From: a virus
DNA: 29,442 bases
Reading direction: 5' to 3' (one strand)
Virus record (IMG/VR): IMGVR_UViG_3300005573_001595
Coordinates: 1 to 29,442 of that record
Shown here: positions 24,241 through 29,442 of the stretch, piece by piece
Layout: each line of letters begins with the position of its first letter
Position numbering within the stretch: the first letter of the stretch is position 1
The notes under the pieces: model-generated
Seen by the model: only the letters and a program-made list of their open reading frames with translations
Database searches by the model: none
Told to the model about the DNA's origin: nothing
Made by a program: the position numbers and the translations under genes

Positions 24241-27108
24241 TTATTTCGCCTTAAGCGCCAAAACATGCTTTTTTGCGCATATTTTGGTGAAGTCGCATTT
24301 AGTGCAATCAATAACTTTTGTCTTGTGTTCGAATTTCTTTTTTTTAATGTTGGATATGACTTTGTCTATTTCTATTTCAGCTTGGCGAAGCGATGCTTTG
24401 TCGACGGCCACCTCATCGGGGTTGCTATTGTTCTCGTTAAGGTAATGTATGGCTGCTTTCTTCGGCTCAAGCCCTAATGATTTCAAACAAGCCAAAGCAT
24501 AGAGTCTGAGCTGGAGCTCGTGATCTTCACGGTAGATTTTCTTGGGATCCTTGTCATCGTCTTCTGTCTTGAAATCAATTACTTCTACCGCTTTGAGTTT
24601 GCCCTGTTTGTCATATTGTTTGAGCAGATCAATTTGGCCTGTGATTAAGGCGCCGTTTTGCACAAGTTCAAAACGCTTCTCTGTTTCCAAGATATATTTG
24701 AAACTTGTTTGATGCAGCTTTACATAGTTCCTTACGACTTTTAGCCCGCCAGCCATGTAGTTATCAATGATTTTTGAAGTGGCGTACCTGAGGAAGAAAT
24801 GCTTATCAAAAAGGGTTTTTATCTCTTGAGCGGTGGGCACTTTACCAGTCCGCTTATAATTCTCAAAGATCATGTTTAAGATATTGTGAATATTTTTCCC
24901 ATAACCATACGCAGGAGGCAACGCTGTTTCATATCCAAAGATTTTGCGCAACAGATAATCTTGTCCGCAACGCCTATAACAATTAAGGTCACTAAAAGTT
25001 GTTGGGAAGCAGACCTCGTTTAACTTGCTTGGGGGAAAACCAGAGCGGTTACGTTTTATTTTTTTATTATTCGAAAAAGTCCCTGCTCCTAGAATTTCGG
25101 TTGCAAAATGGTGTGGTCGAAATGTTGCTGGTCGTTTGTAGAACTCACCGTCTGCTTTTCGCCTCTTCTCCGAACCTGTAATAAAGAGATACTTCATCGA
25201 CCTTGTTATAGCCGTGTAGTAAACTCTGCGTTCATCTTCAACGTCTTCTTCATACTCTTTTAAAGGGTAAAGATGGTCGTCAACGTAATTTTTACTATGA
25301 GGTCTATGTGTTTCCTCAACAAATCCAGGTAGAAAAACAACTGGAAATTCAAGACCTTTCGCCCCATGAATAGTCATTATTCTAACAGCATCAACTAATG
25401 AGGGGTCATTTTTGCTTGTATCCTCGTAGGCAGATGCACCATAACCATATATGAAACCTATGAAATACTTGACCTGACTGGCTCGTAACCTTTTCCAAAC
25501 TGATTCATAATCCGAAATTGCCCTGCTCAAAACTGCCAAATTGTAGTTGTAGACTTCTTCAAAGTCAAAAACTTCCGCGCCAAAGGCTTTGAGAACATTG
25601 TGGAAATAAGGTTGTAACCCTGACGCGAGATAGTCTTTTCTTGGCTTAAGCTTCGCCTTATCCAGTATCTTCTGAGCTTCAACCCGTTGCTTGTTTATCT
25701 CTAAAATGAATTTTTTGGCGCTAGCCTTGGGATAAATCGGCTTGCCCTTGTCAAACAAATTTACAAAAACCGTATTGTATTCATCAATTAATTGCCGCTC
25801 AGAAACTAGAGTCTCACCGTCTTTAGGCGGCACCTGGAAGATAAATTTTAAGCAATTCAGCGCCAACATAACTTCAGGCTTACTGATAACTTCGCCACCT
25901 ATTTCTAACGCAGGTCTGAATCCGCATCGATGCAAATAAGCAGCGACCTTTGTTGCCTCCACATTTCGGCGCGTCAAAATGGCAAAGTCACGATACGTTA
26001 ACGAACATTTCTCTCCGTTCTTATCCACAAAATCAGTACCTAAAAGTGCGTTAATCCTGTCAACGATAAATTGAAACTCTGAGTCTTCATCTGGAAAATG
26101 CCCATAGAATAAATCACCGACTTCCGAGGCATTATTCGGGATAGGCGAGGGCTGCATCTTTTTAGCAAGCCGATCTCGATTGGTTGAAATAAAATTCCGA
26201 GCGCATGTTATCACTTGGTCGGTGCTCCGGAAATTATGAGAGATATCTCGGCGTACCACTCCAGGGTAGCGCTTGGCAAAGGTCACCAGATTTGCTGGTC
26301 GGGAACCTCGCCAATTATATATGCACTGATCGTCGTCTCCTACAACGCAGAGACTCTCACATTTTACAGAAATTAACTTTATGAGCTTCTCTTGCAGTGG
26401 GTCAACGTCTTGGTATTCGTCAACAACTAAATGCTTAACTTTATTGTGCAGGAGTTTTCTGGCTTTAGGATCGCTTTCAAGTGTCTTAACAAGCCTATAT
26501 ATAATCTCGGTAAAATCCAAGTACCTGCCTTTCCTGAGATAATCCTGATATCTCTCACAGGCGATAACAAAGTCTTTGTTAGTCAATCTCTGCAGTTCAA
26601 TATCCTCAGTCCTCACAAGGTCATAACTAGCAAGGAACCTGCTAAGAACAGTATATCGACTCGGCAGATATTGGGAGTTGGCGCCTGTTGCCCTCCTCAA
26701 CGCCTCAATATGTAACCCAGGGTTTTTTTTGCCTGGATAATACCTGTAAGGCATAGAAACAAAAGCCATCCGTTTTGCTGGCTCCAAAATATCATACCCA
26801 CGGTACTCTGGCTTCAACTCCTTGAGCATTTCAAAACAAAAACCGTGGATAGTTCCGATGTACATGTCACCGATGTCTGTTTTGCCGTTCCCCAAGAAAA
26901 GACGTATTCTTGTTTTGAGTTCTTCAGCTGCTTTCTCGGTAAAAGTGAAAGCAACTATTGTTTTTGGTAACGCACCGTTTTTTATCAAACGCACTATTCT
27001 TTGGGAGACAACAGTTGTTTTGCCTGAACCAGCGCACGCTATAATTTGGAGGTTGCCCTTAACAACACTGACTGCGGCCTCCTGTTCAGATGTCAATTTA
27101 AATGGCAT
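24241..27108 (-). CDS. UvrD/PcrA-like SF1A helicase with C-terminal PD-(D/E)xK (AddB/AdnAB-like) nuclease
   Basis: ACAGSGKT, TFTEKAA, TIHGF, VDEYQD, VGDDDQCIY, NFRS, MTIHGAKGLEF, EERR-like DERRVYYTAITR; then GQIDLL...IDFKT...QLRLY and C...CxxCx5C. Confidence 0.92.
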   Translation of the reverse strand: MPFKLTSEQEAAVSVVKGNLQIIACAGSGKTTVVSQRIVRLIKNGALPKTIVAFTFTEKAAEELKTRIRLFLGNGKTDIGDMYIGTIHGFCFEMLKELKPEYRGYDILEPAKRMAFVSMPYRYYPGKKNPGLHIEALRRATGANSQYLPSRYTVLSRFLASYDLVRTEDIELQRLTNKDFVIACERYQDYLRKGRYLDFTEIIYRLVKTLESDPKARKLLHNKVKHLVVDEYQDVDPLQEKLIKLISVKCESLCVVGDDDQCIYNWRGSRPANLVTFAKRYPGVVRRDISHNFRSTDQVITCARNFISTNRDRLAKKMQPSPIPNNASEVGDLFYGHFPDEDSEFQFIVDRINALLGTDFVDKNGEKCSLTYRDFAILTRRNVEATKVAAYLHRCGFRPALEIGGEVISKPEVMLALNCLKFIFQVPPKDGETLVSERQLIDEYNTVFVNLFDKGKPIYPKASAKKFILEINKQRVEAQKILDKAKLKPRKDYLASGLQPYFHNVLKAFGAEVFDFEEVYNYNLAVLSRAISDYESVWKRLRASQVKYFIGFIYGYGASAYEDTSKNDPSLVDAVRIMTIHGAKGLEFPVVFLPGFVEETHRPHSKNYVDDHLYPLKEYEEDVEDERRVYYTAITRSMKYLFITGSEKRRKADGEFYKRPATFRPHHFATEILGAGTFSNNKKIKRNRSGFPPSKLNEVCFPTTFSDLNCYRRCGQDYLLRKIFGYETALPPAYGYGKNIHNILNMIFENYKRTGKVPTAQEIKTLFDKHFFLRYATSKIIDNYMAGGLKVVRNYVKLHQTSFKYILETEKRFELVQNGALITGQIDLLKQYDKQGKLKAVEVIDFKTEDDDKDPKKIYREDHELQLRLYALACLKSLGLEPKKAAIHYLNENNSNPDEVAVDKASLRQAEIEIDKVISNIKKKKFEHKTKVIDCTKCDFTKICAKKHVLALKAK

Positions 27109-27336
27109 TTAACGCCCTCACCTAACAGTTGATAAGGAGTGGTTATTAGACTTGTTAATTAAAACTTAATATTTTAAAAACATAGTAAAATCTTGTTAAG
27201 TCTTTTTTCGCTGTCTTGCATGCAAAAACCGAAATAAGCATCAATCCGATATCTGCCTAAACAGTTAGCATCAGCAAATAATGTGTTAGCCACTCCAAAC
27301 CAATTGAAAGCTGAAATTCAAGGAAATAAGACCGCT

Positions 27337-27434
27337 TCAGTGGTTTTCATTGAGCTTGCTTGTTTTAGCCATCCGTTCGCTCAGCATGCGTATACGCTGT
27401 TGTAGGTTTCTTCGGAGACGCGAACTGTCTTCAA
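27337..27434 (-). pseudogene. Degenerate ribbon-helix-helix (CopG/antitoxin-like) gene
   Basis: TTG start, LKTVRVSEETY, then a one-base frameshift into QRIRMLSERMAKTSKL. Confidence 0.4.
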
Positions 27435-27639
27435 TTCCCAAGCACCCTTGATACTGTAAGTAACAAATAAGTTATAATTCATTTTTACCCTAAAGCTGAA
27501 CCTCAAAACAGGGATGGCACAGGAAAACGGCAAGCTTGACCTCTGCTGGCTAAGAGGTTAACAGGAACTTTTGGAAAATTGTTAAACAGATGAGTCCTCT
27601 TTTATGGTTACATCAAGTGTGCGTGTTGGAGGCTGAGAT

Positions 27640-27852
27640 GTGGTTAGGTTTCAGAGGCGCTGGGCGAGCAAACGCTACAAAGGAAAGAGACTCCGCTACC
27701 CAATCTACTCAGTGAACTTTCCAACCGAGCTAAACGAGAAGGTTGAGGCTAAACGCCAAAAAGACTACACACTAAACTGGACAGAGCAAGAAACAGACCG
27801 CGAAGAGGTAATCACCTTAACCTTCACCCGAAACAAACAACAACCGCAGTGA
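27640..27852 (+). CDS. Small basic hypothetical (possible DNA-binding) protein
   Basis: 70 aa, Arg/Lys-rich N-terminus, GGAGG SD upstream. Confidence 0.65.
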   Translation: MVRFQRRWASKRYKGKRLRYPIYSVNFPTELNEKVEAKRQKDYTLNWTEQETDREEVITLTFTRNKQQPQ

Positions 27853-27929
27853 AACGGTCTCGCCCGCCACAAAACCATTTTCAGTCGCAGCCCTGCTTTT
27901 TCTCGGCTAGAAATGCAGTGGGAAAAACG

Positions 27930-27945
27930 TTTCTAGCGCTAGAAA
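27930..27945. promoter_or_regulatory. 16-bp perfect palindrome TTTCTAGCGCTAGAAA, copy 1
   Basis: Self-complementary; identical copy at 28073-28088. Confidence 0.7.
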
Positions 27946-28072
27946 AACGCGAATAAACCCTCGGCAAAAGCCGAACAAACACCGACAAAAAACCGTGCGC
28001 TTCCGCTAATTTTTTACATGAGCCTGTCAATTTTGGCAACATGGCGTCTCTAACCAAATTTTGCCCAAGACA

Positions 28073-28088
28073 TTTCTAGCGCTAGAAA
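28073..28088. promoter_or_regulatory. 16-bp perfect palindrome TTTCTAGCGCTAGAAA, copy 2
   Basis: Identical to 27930-27945; the match extends to 18 bp with the following AA. Confidence 0.7.
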
Positions 28089-28196
28089 AATTTTGAGGCG
28101 GGTAAAAGCAACAGAACGCCGGCGACAAGTGTGATAAGCCTCTTCTCTGCAGAACCTAAAGTTTGCTTTCTTTGCTTGGAGGGCAAACCAAAGGCG

Positions 28197-28610
28197 ATGG
28201 CGCAGAACCGTTCAAGGCTTAACGTATTCAAAGGCCAAGAGAAAAAGCTAAACCTTGCCATATTCTTAGTTCTATCCCTCTCGGGACCACTGCCTGCGCT
28301 TAAAATATACAAACAGATCATCGCACAGAAAAAACTAAGCGGAACCCACCAAGGCAGCCTATACAAAAGATTAGACGACCTAGCCGAAGAAGGCTATCTC
28401 AGAATACTTCCTCCCCAGCCGGGCTCAAAGGCGAAAGTTTACGAGTTGACAAACAAGGCTTACTTGGCTGTGGTTTTAGAGGACGTCAGCCAGCAGGAGC
28501 TTGTTGATAAGGCAAATGAGGTAGACTCTGCAATTCTTGTTTTTGAAGTGTTAAAGATAATTGCGAATAACAAAGCTGCAGATCAGAAAGCGAGCCTTCA
28601 AAAAGAGTAG
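28197..28610 (+). CDS. Winged-helix (PadR/ArsR-like) transcription regulator
   Basis: GSLYKRLDDLAEEGYL...KVYELTNKA wing motif. ATG at 28197 preferred over GTG 28131. Confidence 0.75.
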   Translation: MAQNRSRLNVFKGQEKKLNLAIFLVLSLSGPLPALKIYKQIIAQKKLSGTHQGSLYKRLDDLAEEGYLRILPPQPGSKAKVYELTNKAYLAVVLEDVSQQELVDKANEVDSAILVFEVLKIIANNKAADQKASLQKE

Positions 28611-28802
28611 CCCTTATTTTTAACGCTATTTTTAAAAAACAATCCATTAAATTCCATTTGGCTTGGTTGGGTTTAACATTTTTAGTTAGTCTCCTTGTAG
28701 GGGTCTGTTAGGAGAGTCCCAAGCAGACTCCGCTAGGAGTCTCCACACAGGCGCCAACATTCCTTTATTTTTTCCGAGCGACACAGGTTTAGGTGTAACA
28801 AA

Positions 28803-29045
28803 TTGGTTAACTTGATTGAGGACTGGGATGTCCTCGAAGAATACGCTGGCGAAAAACTGGGGTTCTACCAGATTCTCGCCATCGACGGGTCCGTTGAGAT
28901 CCGTGTCATGACCGGAAGAATAGGTTTCAAAAAAGAGTTTAAAGACAGCAACGACAAACTGCTAAACCAAATCCTCGACTACTGCAGGAAACGCCGCTTC
29001 ATACAGATCAGCGACCACCTCAAAGACGAAGACTTTTTCAAATAA
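28803..29045 (+). CDS. Hypothetical protein
   Basis: 80-aa ORF with GGTGT SD-like motif upstream; no motif recognised. Confidence 0.7.
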   Translation: MVNLIEDWDVLEEYAGEKLGFYQILAIDGSVEIRVMTGRIGFKKEFKDSNDKLLNQILDYCRKRRFIQISDHLKDEDFFK

Positions 29046-29070
29046 GCCAAGGAGCAACTGGGGAATAAGT

Positions 29071-29442
29071 ATGGATAAGCAAGTTGAATTTCTTGTAAAA
29101 ATAAGAGACGCCAGCCTGATGCTTGCCGACGCAGCAAACCAATACATAGACGAACTAGCTCCAGCAGGATGCAAACAGGAGGAAACCAAACAAACCCTTG
29201 TGATCCAAGAGTCAAACTTTAACCTCTTAAAATTTGACGTCCAGCAAAGCGCCAAACTAGGCGAATACGAAATCGCCCATAAGCAGAGCAATCCAGCTGA
29301 CAAGTGGAGTAGCGTCTACAATATCCTAAAAGGCGTCAACGCAACCATCAAAGACCGCTATCATTGTGAGGGCTACCAATACAGTTACTGGCTCTATGGG
29401 GAAGACAAAATCTACCGTCAAAAACTTAAACCCAAAGCCTAG
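29071..29442 (+). CDS. Hypothetical protein
   Basis: 123-aa ORF ending exactly at the window end; no motif recognised. Confidence 0.7.
   Translation: MDKQVEFLVKIRDASLMLADAANQYIDELAPAGCKQEETKQTLVIQESNFNLLKFDVQQSAKLGEYEIAHKQSNPADKWSSVYNILKGVNATIKDRYHCEGYQYSYWLYGEDKIYRQKLKPKA

Larger units (their letters stand above)
17660..27108. other. Restriction-modification / DNA-repair (defence) island
   Basis: Nine contiguous genes, all nucleases, methyltransferase, glycosylase or helicase; composition shifts from the viral module. Confidence 0.85.

Noticed and set aside
24241-24960. Cas4 / CRISPR adaptation module
   Set aside because: The Cys pattern is shared with AddB-type nucleases, the domain is fused to UvrD, and no cas genes or repeat-spacer array are present.
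27897-28092. Mini CRISPR array or MITE
   Set aside because: Only two exact 16-18 bp copies with a 127-bp spacer; no target-site duplication or terminal inverted repeat structure.
28962-29303. Minus-strand ORFs 28962-29303 and 28979-29215
   Set aside because: They overlap two plus-strand ORFs that have better start contexts and protein-like composition.

Overview
The window looks like part of an archaeal head-tail (Caudoviricetes, siphovirus-like) provirus or integrated element. The host is probably Bathyarchaeia; this is inferred from GGTGA/GAGG-type SD motifs, frequent TTG/GTG starts and the style of the small hypothetical genes, and no database search was possible. (1) 1-16.5 kb is a near-complete morphogenesis module: a ParB/ABC-ATPase/GNAT putative DNA-modification cassette, terminase S/L, prohead protease/scaffold, decoration protein, HK97-fold MCP, portal (placed after the MCP), adaptor, a large fused tail-completion-like protein, tail tube, frameshifted tail chaperone, a very short tape measure and a Tal/hub protein. 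Two AT-rich morons interrupt it. (2) 16.6-17.6 kb is a junction with a decayed ABC-ATPase/GNAT (COG2401-like) gene. (3) 17.66-27.1 kb is a dense restriction/repair island: one HpaII-like C5 methyltransferase, about six PD-(D/E)xK-type nuclease domains, Vsr, a UvrD-nuclease fusion and a Tag glycosylase lacking its conserved Glu. (4) 27.3-29.4 kb holds small regulatory/early-type genes with a repeated 16-bp palindrome. No tRNA, rRNA, CRISPR array, integrase or att site was recognised. All product calls rest on motif recognition by eye.
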